A DNA stretch of 63,743 nt from Terriglobales bacterium (GCA_025451775.1 JANWJU010000108.1:1-63743), one strand, 5' to 3'; shown: positions 38,117 through 48,963, numbered from the stretch's first letter. Notes: generated by a model from the sequence alone, not told the origin. Program-made: numbers and translations.

Positions 38117-38441
38117 AAAAAAGGCTCGCGTCGGCCCGGAACAGCGCATAAGCGATGAGCGCGAAGATCACCACGTGCACCGCCAACTGCGAGCGGGCGT
38201 AGAACGCCGTGCCGATCACGTGGCCGCCGATCCACGCCACCGCCGCCCAGCGCGCCCAGTTGTGGCCGAGGAAAAGGAACACGCCCAAAACGAGCGCCAG
38301 GCCATCGATGGCGAGGATCCAGCCGGCATCCGTGGGCAGGCCGCGCCCGGCGATCCATGGCCAGAGTTGATTGCCGCAGGCGGCCACGCCAACCGCGATG
38401 TAAAGGATCGAAATCCCGGCGATCGCGAGCGGTGGCTTCAT
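38079..38441 (-). CDS. Hypothetical 4-TM membrane protein
   Basis: Four hydrophobic segments, GHNWARWAAVAW; overlaps the TPR gene stop (ATGA). Confidence 0.75.
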   Translation of the reverse strand: MKPPLAIAGISILYIAVGVAACGNQLWPWIAGRGLPTDAGWILAIDGLALVLGVFLFLGHNWARWAAVAWIGGHVIGTAFYARSQLAVHVVIFALIAYALFRADASLFFRSRAPAPTGPA

Positions 38442-39235
38442 TGGGCCGTGACCGCCGGCAGCGGCGGGTTGGGTGGCAGGCCCATCAGGGCTTTGTACTC
38501 CACCCGCGCCCGCAGCGGCGCGAAGGCGGGATCGGTGAGTGAGTCCTTGAGCTTCGGATAGTGCTCGTCGTAGGCCTGCCGGAACTGGTGCACGGCGTCA
38601 TCAATCATGCCGATGCTGCAGAACAGCCGCGAGAGTTGGTAGTGGTACAGCGGCGTATCGTTCTCATTGACGTCGCGCACGACCGGGCCCGAGCCGGCTT
38701 GCGGGAACAGCGCATCAGGATCAAGGCGCAGCGCCTGGCGGTAGGCGGTCATGGCCTGGGGGACACGTTTGCGGCCGAACTCGGCGCTGCCCAGGTTGAC
38801 GTAGTAGACGGCTTGGGTGGCGTCCAGCTTGACGGCCGCGGCGAACTGCTTGGCAGCGTTCTTGTATTTGCGCTGCATGAAGTAGACGGTGCCCAGGTTG
38901 TTGACGTAGCGGGCGTTTTTCCCGGCGTACTTATGGGCATTCTTGTAGCTGCGCTCGGCCAGCTTGAGGTTGTTGAGCTGCTGGTAGGCGATGCCCAAGC
39001 CGTTGTACAAGCCCGCGCGATCGACTTTGGTTTGGGGTTGCTGGAGGGCGGCTTGCAGCGCCGTCACCGCATCGGCGTAGTCGCGCCGGGCCAGATAGAG
39101 GTTGCCCCACTCGGTGGCGCTGAGCGGGGCCGCGGCTGGAGCGGCGGCCGAAGCCGCAGAGGCATCGCTGGCCACGTTTTGCGCACCCACGGCCAGCGCG
39201 AAACAGGCCAGCAGCACCCAGACCCGGGCTGACAT
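38438..39235 (-). CDS. Secreted tetratricopeptide repeat protein
   Basis: Repeated YNGLG/NNLG/VNLG TPR motifs and a signal peptide. Confidence 0.85.
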   Translation of the reverse strand: MSARVWVLLACFALAVGAQNVASDASAASAAAPAAAPLSATEWGNLYLARRDYADAVTALQAALQQPQTKVDRAGLYNGLGIAYQQLNNLKLAERSYKNAHKYAGKNARYVNNLGTVYFMQRKYKNAAKQFAAAVKLDATQAVYYVNLGSAEFGRKRVPQAMTAYRQALRLDPDALFPQAGSGPVVRDVNENDTPLYHYQLSRLFCSIGMIDDAVHQFRQAYDEHYPKLKDSLTDPAFAPLRARVEYKALMGLPPNPPLPAVTAQ

Positions 39236-39325
39236 GGGAAAGGCTCCTTGCGCCCAGTATCCACCCGCCGCTAACCGCATGCAAGCGGCGGTGGCGGGCA
39301 CTGGCACGGGCGTGGTTGGCTGACG

Positions 39326-41866
39326 TTAGCCGCCGCCGCCTATGGCTTGGAAGATGCGACCGAATAAGCCCCGCTTTTTAGGTTGGGGCGGCGCCGGTGC
39401 GGGCGTGGGCGTGGGCAATGTCACCGGTGCCGGGGCGAGTGCCGCGGCAGGCTGGCGCGGTGGCGGCGGCGGGGGTGGGGCCTTCGATCCTCCCAAGCCG
39501 AACAGGTTGAGGGCGCTGGCGATGACCCCATGGGGGAACAAATTGCTGGGATGGAGATGGCAGCTCTGCTTGGGCTCGGTGCCGTCAAGGTAGTAATCGG
39601 TTTCCACCTGGCTGGGCGGACACAGCGGCGTGGCCAACTGTTGGGAGACGGTGTCGATGCGCTCGGCGACCACGCCGGGCGGGGGCGCGAACGGCTGCGG
39701 GTTAGCGTAGGCGGGCAGCTGCACCGCCTCCTTCATGAATTCAGTCCAGATGGGCAGGGCGGCGTGCGCACCTTCGATGTTCAGGTTCTCGTAGTCGTCC
39801 AACCCCACCCAGACCACGCACAGGAGATTGTCGGTGTAGCCGGCGAACCAGGCGTCGTGCGAGGTGCCGGTTTTGCCGGCGGCGGGGGCGAGGAAGCCAT
39901 CGGCGCGCACCCGGACGGCGGTGCCCGAGCTCAGCACCGACTCCATCAGGTCGGTGGTAAGGAACGCGATGCGGGGATCGAGCACCGGCTTGGGCTGAAA
40001 ATTCGGGGTGAAGACGCTGGCGCCGTCGGCGTCGTCGACCGTGTCCACCAGCCGCGGTGTCAGGCGCACGCCGCCGTTGGCGAAGATGGTGTAGGCGCCG
40101 GCCATGGTCAGCGGGGTGGCGGTGTAGGTGCCGATCGCCTCCGACGGCGTGGGCTGGGCGTTGACAATGCCGGCGGCGTGCGCCAGATCGGTCACGGCCG
40201 GCAGGCCGACCTGGACCGCCAGGCTGATGGTGGCATTGTTGAGCGAGTGCTCGAGCGCGGTGCGCAGCGTGACCTCGCCGTAGAATTTGTTTTCGAAGTT
40301 CGCCGGCTGATAGCCGCCGGCGAAGGTGGTGGGCACGTCATCGACGATCGAGGTCTCGGTGAGGGGCGTGAGGTTGGACAACAGGCCCGTCTCCAACGCA
40401 GTGGCGTAGACAAAGGGCTTGAAGATGCTGCCCGTGGGCCGCTCCGCCAACACATGGTTGAGCTGGCTACGGCCGTAGTTGCGGCCCCCGACCAGCGCCA
40501 GCACCGCACCCGTGTGGGGATCGATCGCGATCAACGCGACTTGGGCGCGGGCGGCGCGGGCGCCGGTGCGCGGGACGCGCTCGTGCGCGCGCAGTGCGCC
40601 CAATTCCTTGTCCACCGCCGGCATGCTCAGCGCCACCGCGCGCGCCGCCGCCACCTGCAGATCGGGGTCGAGGGTGGTGTAGATGCGGTAGCTTTGGCCG
40701 CTCAACTCCCGCGGCGAGATATGGTCGCCGATGCGGTCGCGCACCATGTCCACGAAGTAGGGAGCGTCGCTGGCCTCGTTGTTGGCGGGCGCCAGGTGCA
40801 GCGCCGCCGTCTGCGCGCTCGCGGCCTGCGCTGGAGTGATCGAGCGGGCGCGCACCATCGCCTGCAGCACCTCGTCCCGGCGATCGATGGCGCGCTGCGG
40901 ATGGCGGTAAGGGGAATCGAGGTTGGGGCCGTGGATGATGCCGGCGAGCAAGGCGCACTGCGGCAGCGTGAGCTGGCCGATGTCCTCGCCAAAGTAGGCG
41001 TCGGCGGCCTCGCCAAAGCCGTGGATGCTGTAGCTGCCGCGCTGGCCCAAGTAGAGTTGGTTGGCGTAGAGCTCGAAGATCTGCTGCTTGGTCAGCCGCT
41101 GCACCAGCTCGGTGGCCACCAGCGTTTCTTCCAGCTTGCGCTTGATGCCGGCCCAGCCGTGGCGTTCATACCCCAATCCGAAGATGCCCCGCGCCACCTG
41201 CATGGTGATGGTGCTGGCGCCCTGCTCCCGCTGCCCGCTGCGGATGTCGCGGAACGCCGCCGTGGGCACCCGCCACCAGTTCACCGCCCCCTCGTTGAAG
41301 AAATCCCGGTCTTCGATGTCGACCACAGCGTTGATCAGCGTCGGCGGCAAATGCTGGTAGTTGACGATGCGCCGCTTGATGCGGTTGGTCTCGAACAGGG
41401 TGGTGATGACCTCGGGTTCGAGCTGGTAGCTGTTCAGGGGGCTTTGATCGGTGGCGTTATGGATGGCGGCGATCTGGCCGTTTTGAAACTGCACGTCCAC
41501 CGGCAGGGGGGAGCGATAGGCCTCGAGTCCGGGCCGGATCTCGATGGTGTCGCCGGCCAGCGTGTAGCGCCCCACCGGGGAAGGCTCGCTGGCGGCGTAG
41601 CCGGCGCGGCGCAGCCAGGTGCTGAGCAGATCCGGGGAGATGGTTTCGCCCACGGCGATGGTTTTGGGAGCGGCGAAGACCAGGCTGGTGGGACTAAAGA
41701 TGGGGGCGCTCAGGCGGAGGTCAATCACCGCCGCGTAAATGTTGTAGTAGCGAATGAGGATGATGCCGGCGGCCACAAACAGCATGAAACACAGCGTCAG
41801 CAGCGTCCGTCCCACCGGATGCGCCAGCCACCGCACCCAGGGCCGTGTTTTGATGGTAATGGTCAG
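39326..41866 (-). CDS. Class A penicillin-binding protein (PBP1B-like, transglycosylase/transpeptidase)
   Basis: EDRDF, GASTITMQ, SIFK, SLN and KTG motifs; start is either CTG 41866 (with RBS) or GTG 41836. Confidence 0.93.
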   Translation of the reverse strand: MTITIKTRPWVRWLAHPVGRTLLTLCFMLFVAAGIILIRYYNIYAAVIDLRLSAPIFSPTSLVFAAPKTIAVGETISPDLLSTWLRRAGYAASEPSPVGRYTLAGDTIEIRPGLEAYRSPLPVDVQFQNGQIAAIHNATDQSPLNSYQLEPEVITTLFETNRIKRRIVNYQHLPPTLINAVVDIEDRDFFNEGAVNWWRVPTAAFRDIRSGQREQGASTITMQVARGIFGLGYERHGWAGIKRKLEETLVATELVQRLTKQQIFELYANQLYLGQRGSYSIHGFGEAADAYFGEDIGQLTLPQCALLAGIIHGPNLDSPYRHPQRAIDRRDEVLQAMVRARSITPAQAASAQTAALHLAPANNEASDAPYFVDMVRDRIGDHISPRELSGQSYRIYTTLDPDLQVAAARAVALSMPAVDKELGALRAHERVPRTGARAARAQVALIAIDPHTGAVLALVGGRNYGRSQLNHVLAERPTGSIFKPFVYATALETGLLSNLTPLTETSIVDDVPTTFAGGYQPANFENKFYGEVTLRTALEHSLNNATISLAVQVGLPAVTDLAHAAGIVNAQPTPSEAIGTYTATPLTMAGAYTIFANGGVRLTPRLVDTVDDADGASVFTPNFQPKPVLDPRIAFLTTDLMESVLSSGTAVRVRADGFLAPAAGKTGTSHDAWFAGYTDNLLCVVWVGLDDYENLNIEGAHAALPIWTEFMKEAVQLPAYANPQPFAPPPGVVAERIDTVSQQLATPLCPPSQVETDYYLDGTEPKQSCHLHPSNLFPHGVIASALNLFGLGGSKAPPPPPPPRQPAAALAPAPVTLPTPTPAPAPPQPKKRGLFGRIFQAIGGGG

Positions 41867-41950
41867 TCCGCGCCCCTCTGTTTTTTCCGATCGCCGCCCG
41901 CAATATTTAAGTTCAGGATACCCCAGCCCCGCGATCTATGATTAAAGGAC

Positions 41951-42982
41951 ATGGTACCCACCCGCGATATCGTCCGCGCATGGGGGGCCCTGCTGCTGGG
42001 TCGTAAACCCGCCCTCTCGATTGAGATCACCAAGGAGTGTCCGCTGCGCTGCCCGGGCTGCTACGCCTTCTCCGAGGGGCACGTCGGCGATGGCGTCAGC
42101 CTGCGCCAACTCCATGATCTGCGCGGCGACGAGTTGATCGCTGGGGTGATGGAGTTGGTCCACCGCCTGCGCCCGTTGCACGTCTCGATCGTGGGCGGCG
42201 ATCCGCTGGTGCGTTACCGCGAGCTCGAAGCCCTGGTGCCGCAACTGCTCGCCACCGGTTTGTTTCTTCAAATTGTCACCAGCGCTTTCCGGCCGCTGCC
42301 GGCCGCCTGGATTGGGCTCGACAACTTCGAATTGGTGGTCTCCATCGACGGTCTGCAACCAGACCACGACGTGCGCCGCAGCCCGGCGACCTATGCCCGG
42401 ATCCTGAAGCACATCGAGCGCCATAGCGTAGTGGTGCACTGCACCGTCACCGCCCCGATGGTGCGCCAGCCCGGCTATCTGGAGTCGTTCATGCGGCAAT
42501 GGTCGGCGAACTCCAACGTCAAAAAGATTTGGATGAGCATCTTCACCCCCCAGCGCGGCGACGTGCTGGAGGAAATTCCTACCACCCGCGAGCGCCAACT
42601 CATCATCGCGGAGTTGTTCCGCCTGCGGCAGCTCTACCCCAAGTTGGACATGCCCCAGGGCTTGGTGGAAGCGCTGGAACATCCGCCCGCCTCGCCAGCG
42701 GAGTGCATCTTCGCGCGTGCCACCACGGTCATCTCAGCCGACTTGAAGAGTGAGATCGGCCCCTGCCAGTTCGGCGGCGATCCCGACTGCTCCCGCTGTG
42801 GCTGCATCGCCTCCATGGGGCTATCCGCCATCGGCGGCTACCGCCTGCCGGGCGGCCTCACCGCCGGCGCCATCTTCCACGCCTCCGCCAACCTGGGCGA
42901 CAAGATCGCCTCCCGCCGCGCCCGCCGGGACGCGGCCCAGGCGGCAACGCTACCGGAGATTCCCATCCGCCGGGCGTCGTAG
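41951..42982 (+). CDS. Radical SAM protein
   Basis: CPLRCPGC, GGDP, SIDG; C-terminal Cys cluster C...PCQFGGDPDCSRCGC; AAAGGA RBS. Confidence 0.9.
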   Translation: MVPTRDIVRAWGALLLGRKPALSIEITKECPLRCPGCYAFSEGHVGDGVSLRQLHDLRGDELIAGVMELVHRLRPLHVSIVGGDPLVRYRELEALVPQLLATGLFLQIVTSAFRPLPAAWIGLDNFELVVSIDGLQPDHDVRRSPATYARILKHIERHSVVVHCTVTAPMVRQPGYLESFMRQWSANSNVKKIWMSIFTPQRGDVLEEIPTTRERQLIIAELFRLRQLYPKLDMPQGLVEALEHPPASPAECIFARATTVISADLKSEIGPCQFGGDPDCSRCGCIASMGLSAIGGYRLPGGLTAGAIFHASANLGDKIASRRARRDAAQAATLPEIPIRRAS

Positions 42983-43003
42983 GATGATTCGCGCCGCTGG
43001 GCG

Positions 43004-44701
43004 CTACCAGTCCGCGCGCTCAATCGCGGACATCTCGACCTCGCGCATCGCGCCGGTGGCACGGTCCACTACTTCCACGATGCCCTGGGCTGCCTTCTTC
43101 CCCACCGTGATCCGGCGCGGGATGCCGATCAGGTCGGCGTCCTTGAACTTCACCCCGGCGCGTTCATCGCGATCGTCGAACAGCACGTCCTCGCCTTGGG
43201 CGGTGAGCGCCGCCACCACGCGCTCGCTGGCGGCGGCGATGGCCGCGTCACCCAGGTTGGTGGGGGTCACGATCACCGAGTAGGGCGCGATGGAGCGCGG
43301 CAGCCAGAAGCCACTCTTGTCGCAGTTCTGCTCGATCGCGGCCACCAGGATGCGTTCGATGCCGATGCCGTAGGAGCCCATAATCGGCTCTGCCGCGCTG
43401 CCCGCCTCGTCCTGCACCGAGACGCCCAGCGCGTGGCTGTACTTGCGCCCCAGCTTGAAGATGTGTCCGATCTCGATGGCTTTGGAGACGGTGAGCGGCG
43501 CACCGCATTTGGTACAGGCATTGCCGCTGCGCACCTCGCGCAGGTCGGCCCATTCGGGCGTGAAGTGCTCGCCCGGCGTCACCCCGCGCAGGTGAAAGCC
43601 CTCCCGGTTGGCCCCCACGATTAAATGATGGCGGCCGCGCAAGGCGTGGTCGGCGAGGATGCGCAGCGGACGCCGCGCCTTGACCGGGCCCACCGAGCCC
43701 GGAGGCGCGCCGGTTGCGTCCACGATCTCCTCTGGCCGCGCCGGACGGAACTCCCGCCCACCGAGCGCCGTGCCCAGTTTGGCCTCGCTGGCCTCGTCAT
43801 CGCCCCGCACCACAACCAGCACGGCCTCCGGCCCGGATTCCTCCTCGACCATGTAGACCAGCGATTTAGCCAGCCGTCCGGGGGCTTCACCCGTTAGCGC
43901 GGACACCTCGGCAATGGTGCGCTGGTGGGGGGTGGCAAACTCCTCCGGAGCGCCCCCAGCCGCTTCCGGATCAGCCACCGGCGCCGGGTGCGCCTGGGCC
44001 TTTTCCAGGTTGGCGGCGTAGCCACAAGCGGCGCAGAGCGCCACCAGATCTTCGCCCGCCTCGCCCAACACCATGAACTCCTGCGATTGCGAGCCGCCCA
44101 TGGCCCCCGAGTGGGCCTCGACGGCGACGTAGCGCAGCCCGCAGGCGTCGAAGATGCGGCGGTAGACGCGGTCGTGCTTCTGGTAGCTGACGTCCAGCCC
44201 GGCCTCGTTGAGGTCGAAGCTGTAGGCGTCCTTCATGATGAACTCGCGCACCCGCAGCAGCCCCGAACGCGGCCGCGGCTCGTCGCGGAACTTGGTTTGA
44301 ATCTGGTACCAAATCTGCGGCAACTGTTTGTAGCTGCGCAACTCCTTGGCTGCCAGCGCCGCCATCGCCTCCTCGTGCGTCATGCCCAGGCAGAGGTCGC
44401 GCTGGAAGCGGTCCTTGAGCCGGAATAAATTGCCGCCCATCAACTCCCAGCGTCCACTCGCCTGCCACAACTCGGCGGGATGCAGCGCCGGCATGTGGAA
44501 CTCCTGCGCGATGGTGTCCATCTCGCGCCGCACGATGGCTTGAATCTTCAATAGCGACCGCCACGCCAGCGGCAGGTACTCGTACAAACCCGCCGCCACC
44601 TGGCGGATGTAGCCCGCCCGCAGCAGGAAGATGTGGCTCGCCACCTCGGCGTCGGCGGGTGCTTCGCGCACCGTGGGAATGAAACTCTGGCTCCAGCGCA
44701 T
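43004..44701 (-). CDS. proS: Proline--tRNA ligase (with editing insertion domain)
   Basis: [31 protein letters not shown] and [10 protein letters not shown] motifs. Confidence 0.98.
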   Translation of the reverse strand: MRWSQSFIPTVREAPADAEVASHIFLLRAGYIRQVAAGLYEYLPLAWRSLLKIQAIVRREMDTIAQEFHMPALHPAELWQASGRWELMGGNLFRLKDRFQRDLCLGMTHEEAMAALAAKELRSYKQLPQIWYQIQTKFRDEPRPRSGLLRVREFIMKDAYSFDLNEAGLDVSYQKHDRVYRRIFDACGLRYVAVEAHSGAMGGSQSQEFMVLGEAGEDLVALCAACGYAANLEKAQAHPAPVADPEAAGGAPEEFATPHQRTIAEVSALTGEAPGRLAKSLVYMVEEESGPEAVLVVVRGDDEASEAKLGTALGGREFRPARPEEIVDATGAPPGSVGPVKARRPLRILADHALRGRHHLIVGANREGFHLRGVTPGEHFTPEWADLREVRSGNACTKCGAPLTVSKAIEIGHIFKLGRKYSHALGVSVQDEAGSAAEPIMGSYGIGIERILVAAIEQNCDKSGFWLPRSIAPYSVIVTPTNLGDAAIAAASERVVAALTAQGEDVLFDDRDERAGVKFKDADLIGIPRRITVGKKAAQGIVEVVDRATGAMREVEMSAIERADW

Positions 44702-44820
44702 AGAGAAAAATGTTAACACCGCGGGCTGCGGAGCGCGGGCGGGGGGATTTGCAGCCCGTGTGCGTTACCGCTGGCCCTGGGCGGGAGTTTCGTGTATGGT
44801 GTGGGCGAGGTGCAACTGAC

Positions 44821-46281
44821 ATGGGTCTGACACGGCGCAATTGGTTACAAATATCGGCGGGGGTATTCGCGGCTGCGGTTCCGGCACGGTGGGCGCGGGC
44901 GGAGCGCGGCGTGGGCCAAGGCGCGCTGCCGGGCACGGCCGCGGGCGAATCATCGACGACTCTAGCCGCCGCCTATGGCCAATCGCCGTATCCCAGGTTG
45001 CCGATCACCTTTTTCGCCCACCGTCTCGGCACCGACCACTGCGAGAGCGTCTCCGTCATGGACATGAACGGGGATGGGCGGCTCGATATTTTGAGCGGCG
45101 CCTACTGGTACGAAAACCCCGGCGCGGCGGGCGGACCCTGGGCGCGGCATCAGTTCCGCGAGGTGCCGCTGACGGGCGAATTTGTGGACGACTGCGCCGA
45201 GTATCTGATCGACGTGAACAAGAACGGGCGGCTGGATCTGGTGACCTCGAGCTGGCAGCGGGATGGCATCTGGTGGTACGAGAACCCGGGCAAAGCCGAC
45301 GTCATGTGGCAGCCGCATAAGATCTGCAGTTCGATCGATACCGAAGGCATGGTGATCGGCGACCTGATGGGCACGGGCAAGAATCAGGACCTGCTCGCCT
45401 GCCATTACAACAGCAACGGCCTGATCTGGGTGAACTTCTCCGGTCCCGAGCCGGTGGCGCATCAGGTGGGCGCGCGCCTGCCGCTGCCGCCCCGGCCGGC
45501 CCCGCGCGGCGGCGCGGCCGGGCGCCGCGGCGGCCCTGGCCGCCGCGGCCCGCAGTGGCCCACCTCGCTGGGCCAGGGCGATGGCCACGGGGTCGGCATC
45601 GGCGACATCGATGGCGACGGCAAAAACGACATCCTCACCCGCCACGGCTGGTTCAAGAACATCGACGCCAGCCAGAACAAGTGGGAGTTCCGCCCGGAGT
45701 GGGAGCTGAAGGAAGAGGCCGGTTTCCCCATGATCGTCTACGATGTCGATGGCAACGGCCGGCCCGACGTCATCTACGGCAACGGCCACGGCTACGGCTT
45801 GTTCTGGCTGGAACAGCTGGGCAACGGCACCTGGCGCCAGCACCTGATCGACGATTCCGTCTCCCAGGTGCATGCCATCGCCATGGCCGATCTCGACGGC
45901 GACGGACAACTGGAGCTGATCGCCGGCAAGCGCTACCGTGCCGACCCCAACGAAGGCCAGTACGATCCGCTCGCCATCCATTACTACAAGCTCGACCGCG
46001 GCACGCAGCGCTTCACGCGTTTCCCCATCAGCTATAACGGCACCGCCGAGGTGGGCACGACCATCATCCCGGTCGATATCGATGGCGACGGCGACCTCGA
46101 CATCGTCGTGGGCGGCAAGACCGGCGTGCATTGGATCGAGAGCTACCGCATCGGCAACCCCGGTCCGCGCGATGCCGTGCGCGACAAGGAACTGCTGCTC
46201 AACTACGACTGGCCCTTCCCCGGCGAAGGCACCAGCGTCACCCAGCAGAGCGCCCCGGTCGACGACTCGACCCCGCTATAA
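44821..46281 (+). CDS. FG-GAP/VCBS repeat protein with Tat signal
   Basis: TRRNWL twin-arginine motif; multiple DxDGDGxxD repeats. Confidence 0.88.
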   Translation: MGLTRRNWLQISAGVFAAAVPARWARAERGVGQGALPGTAAGESSTTLAAAYGQSPYPRLPITFFAHRLGTDHCESVSVMDMNGDGRLDILSGAYWYENPGAAGGPWARHQFREVPLTGEFVDDCAEYLIDVNKNGRLDLVTSSWQRDGIWWYENPGKADVMWQPHKICSSIDTEGMVIGDLMGTGKNQDLLACHYNSNGLIWVNFSGPEPVAHQVGARLPLPPRPAPRGGAAGRRGGPGRRGPQWPTSLGQGDGHGVGIGDIDGDGKNDILTRHGWFKNIDASQNKWEFRPEWELKEEAGFPMIVYDVDGNGRPDVIYGNGHGYGLFWLEQLGNGTWRQHLIDDSVSQVHAIAMADLDGDGQLELIAGKRYRADPNEGQYDPLAIHYYKLDRGTQRFTRFPISYNGTAEVGTTIIPVDIDGDGDLDIVVGGKTGVHWIESYRIGNPGPRDAVRDKELLLNYDWPFPGEGTSVTQQSAPVDDSTPL

Positions 46282-46283
46282 CC

Positions 46284-47609
46284 ATGAGGCGAACGCGCCG
46301 AGGCTGGTGGCAAGCGTTGACGGGCCTGTTGCCCGCCTACGGCGCGTCCCCCTATCCCAAACTTCCGCTGACGTTTTTCGCCCACCGCCTCGGCACCGAC
46401 CACTGCGAAGGCGTGAGCGTGATGGACTTCAACGGCGACGGCCGGCTGGACATCATCAGCGGGGCCTACTGGTATGAAAACCCGGGGCCGGCGGGCGGGC
46501 CGTGGGTGCGGCGGCAGTTCCGCCTGGTGCCCACGCTCGATGAGCGCGTGACCGACTGCGGCGAGTTCCTGATCGACGTCAACAAGAACGGCCGCCTCGA
46601 TCTGGTCACCTCGGGCTGGCAGCGGGACGGGATGTACTGGTATGAGAACCCCGGGCGCCTGGGCCCGTTGTGGGAGTGCCATAAAATCTGCCACTCCGTC
46701 GACACCGAGGGCATGGCGATCGGGGATCTGCTGGGCACCGGCAAAAACCAGGACGTGGTCGCCTGCCATTACGACAGCAGCGGCCTGATCTGGATCAACT
46801 TCTCCGGCACCGAGCCGGTAGTGCACCAACTCGGCGCGCGCATTCCGCGGCCCGCGCCCAGAACGCCGCCGAAAAACCCGCCTTGGCCGCCGGATTTTGG
46901 CCAGGGCGACGGCCACGGCGTGGGCATCGGCGACCTCGACGGCGATGGCAAGAATGACATTCTGACCCGCCACGGCTGGTTCAAAAATATCGACGCCGCG
47001 CACGACCAGTGGGAGTGGCGTCCGGAGTGGGAGCTGAAGGAGGAGGCCGGATTCCCCATGATCGCCTATGACGTCAACGCCGACGGCGTCATGGATTTCA
47101 TCTACGGCAACGGCCACGACTACGGACTCTACTGGATGGAGCAGCTCGGCCACGGCGCCTGGCGCCAGCACCTCATCGACGACTCCGTATCCCAGGTCCA
47201 CGCCATCGCCATGGCCGACCTCGACGGTGACGGGCAGCCGGAGCTGATCGCCGGCAAACGCTACCGCGCCGATCCCAACCCCGGCCAGTACGACCCGCTC
47301 GCCTTGCACTACTACAAGATCGATCGGCGCACGCAGCGCTTCACCCGCTTTCCCATCAGCTACAACGGCACCGCCGGCGCCGGGACCACCATCATCCCGG
47401 TTGACATTGACGGCGATGGCGACGTGGACATCATCGTCGCCGGCCGTACCGGCGTGCACTGGCTGGAGAGCTACCGCATCGGCAGCCCCGGCCCTCGCGA
47501 CGCCGTGCGCGACAAGGAGCTGCTGTATAACTCCGACTGGCCCTTCGACGGCGAGGGCACCGAGGTCGGCCAGCAGAGCGCGCCCACGGACGACTCAACC
47601 CCGTTGTGA
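46284..47609 (+). CDS. FG-GAP/VCBS repeat protein (tandem paralog)
   Basis: Colinear and highly similar to the previous ORF; short N-terminus MRRTRRGWWQ. Confidence 0.88.
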   Translation: MRRTRRGWWQALTGLLPAYGASPYPKLPLTFFAHRLGTDHCEGVSVMDFNGDGRLDIISGAYWYENPGPAGGPWVRRQFRLVPTLDERVTDCGEFLIDVNKNGRLDLVTSGWQRDGMYWYENPGRLGPLWECHKICHSVDTEGMAIGDLLGTGKNQDVVACHYDSSGLIWINFSGTEPVVHQLGARIPRPAPRTPPKNPPWPPDFGQGDGHGVGIGDLDGDGKNDILTRHGWFKNIDAAHDQWEWRPEWELKEEAGFPMIAYDVNADGVMDFIYGNGHDYGLYWMEQLGHGAWRQHLIDDSVSQVHAIAMADLDGDGQPELIAGKRYRADPNPGQYDPLALHYYKIDRRTQRFTRFPISYNGTAGAGTTIIPVDIDGDGDVDIIVAGRTGVHWLESYRIGSPGPRDAVRDKELLYNSDWPFDGEGTEVGQQSAPTDDSTPL

Positions 47610-47639
47610 CACTCATCAAGCGAATGGAGGAAACCGGAA

Positions 47640-48803
47640 ATGGACATTAGCGCCGAAGGCAAGATTTCAAGGCGAAGCGTACTGGCCAACGGCGCCATGA
47701 TCGCCGCGGGTTTGGCGGTGGCGCCGCTGGCGGCCCGCGCCCAGAGCAAGGCGTCACAGGCCGACACCACGCGCGCGATTACGGGGCGGGACTCGCTCAA
47801 GGCGCATGCGGCGCATCACGGCCTGCTCGCGGGAACGGCCGTCAACGCTCGCGCGCTCGCCACCCAACCCGAGTACGCCCGCGTTCTGGCCGAGCAATAC
47901 GACATCGTCGTCGCGGAAAACGCGATGAAGTGGGGTCCCCTTCGGCCGACGCCTGACACCTTTTTCTTCACCGACGCGGATGCCCTGATGGCCTTCGCCG
48001 CTGAGCACAAGATGAAGGTGCGCGGGCACAACCTCTGCTGGCACTCGCAGCTTCCCACCTGGTTCAACTCGACCGCAACCAAGGAGAATGCTCAACACCT
48101 GCTGGTGAATCACATCACCACCGTCGCCGGGCGCTACCGCGGCAAAATCGAGGCTTGGGACGTGGTCAACGAGGCGGTGCAAGTCTCCGACGGCCGCCCC
48201 GACGGGTTGCGCAATGGACCGTGGATGAAGCTGCTCGGCCCGGAGTACATTGACATCGCTTTCCGCACCGCGCGTCAGGCCGATCCTCATGCGCTGCTCA
48301 CTTACAACGACTACGGCGTGGAAAATGACAGCGACGATGCCGGGAAAAAGCGGGCGGCGGTGCTGGCGCTGATGCGTGGAATGAAGGCCCGCAAGACTCC
48401 GCTGGACGCGCTCGGCATTCAGTCCCACATTCACGCCGGCGGTTCTTTTGGCTCAGGCATTCGCGACTTCATGGCCAGCGCCCGGGACCTGGGACTGAAA
48501 ATCTTTCTGACCGAAATGGACGTCAATTCAAGCAATCTGACTGACAACGACATCGCGCACGTCGACCAAGCCGTCGCCGCGACCTACCGCGACTACCTGA
48601 CGACAACCTTGGCCGAGCCTGCCGTCGCCGCCATGCTCACCTGGGGGTTCACCGACAGGTACACCTGGCTGGGTGGCGGCCGCAGGGGGCAGCAGCCGAG
48701 CCATCCGCAGCGGCCCTTGCCCTTTGACGCCAACTACCAGCCGACGGACGCCTTCTTTGCCATCCGCGACGCCTTCGACCATCGCCAGACGCGACAGGCC
48801 TGA
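47640..48803 (+). CDS. GH10 endo-1,4-beta-xylanase with Tat signal
   Basis: ENAMKW, RGHNLCWHSQ, WDVVNE, YNDY and TEMDV motifs; SRRSVL signal. Confidence 0.95.
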   Translation: MDISAEGKISRRSVLANGAMIAAGLAVAPLAARAQSKASQADTTRAITGRDSLKAHAAHHGLLAGTAVNARALATQPEYARVLAEQYDIVVAENAMKWGPLRPTPDTFFFTDADALMAFAAEHKMKVRGHNLCWHSQLPTWFNSTATKENAQHLLVNHITTVAGRYRGKIEAWDVVNEAVQVSDGRPDGLRNGPWMKLLGPEYIDIAFRTARQADPHALLTYNDYGVENDSDDAGKKRAAVLALMRGMKARKTPLDALGIQSHIHAGGSFGSGIRDFMASARDLGLKIFLTEMDVNSSNLTDNDIAHVDQAVAATYRDYLTTTLAEPAVAAMLTWGFTDRYTWLGGGRRGQQPSHPQRPLPFDANYQPTDAFFAIRDAFDHRQTRQA

Positions 48804-48883
48804 GAGCCCGGGCACAGTGGGCGGCGACAGGCGCCTAGCGGAGCGGGGCAAGGTCTCGTAGAATAGAGCCTGCCCTGCTTCGG

Positions 48884-48959
48884 GCCGACGTAGCTCAGTT
48901 GGTAGAGCGGCTGATTCGTAATCAGCAGGTCTCCGGTTCAAGCCCGGACGTCGGCTCCA
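48884..48959 (+). tRNA. tRNA-Thr (CGT)
   Basis: GCCGACGTAGCTCAGTTGGTAGAGCGGCTGATT-CGT-AATCAGCAGGTCTCCGGTTCAAGCCCGGACGTCGGCTCCA; TAGAAT at 48859. Confidence 0.97.
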
Positions 48960-48963
48960 GACC

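Noticed and set aside
44633-44644. GTGGCTCGCCAC, matching the repeat A head, inside proS
   Set aside because: It encodes the conserved ProRS residues VASH and the rest of the repeat is absent; chance match
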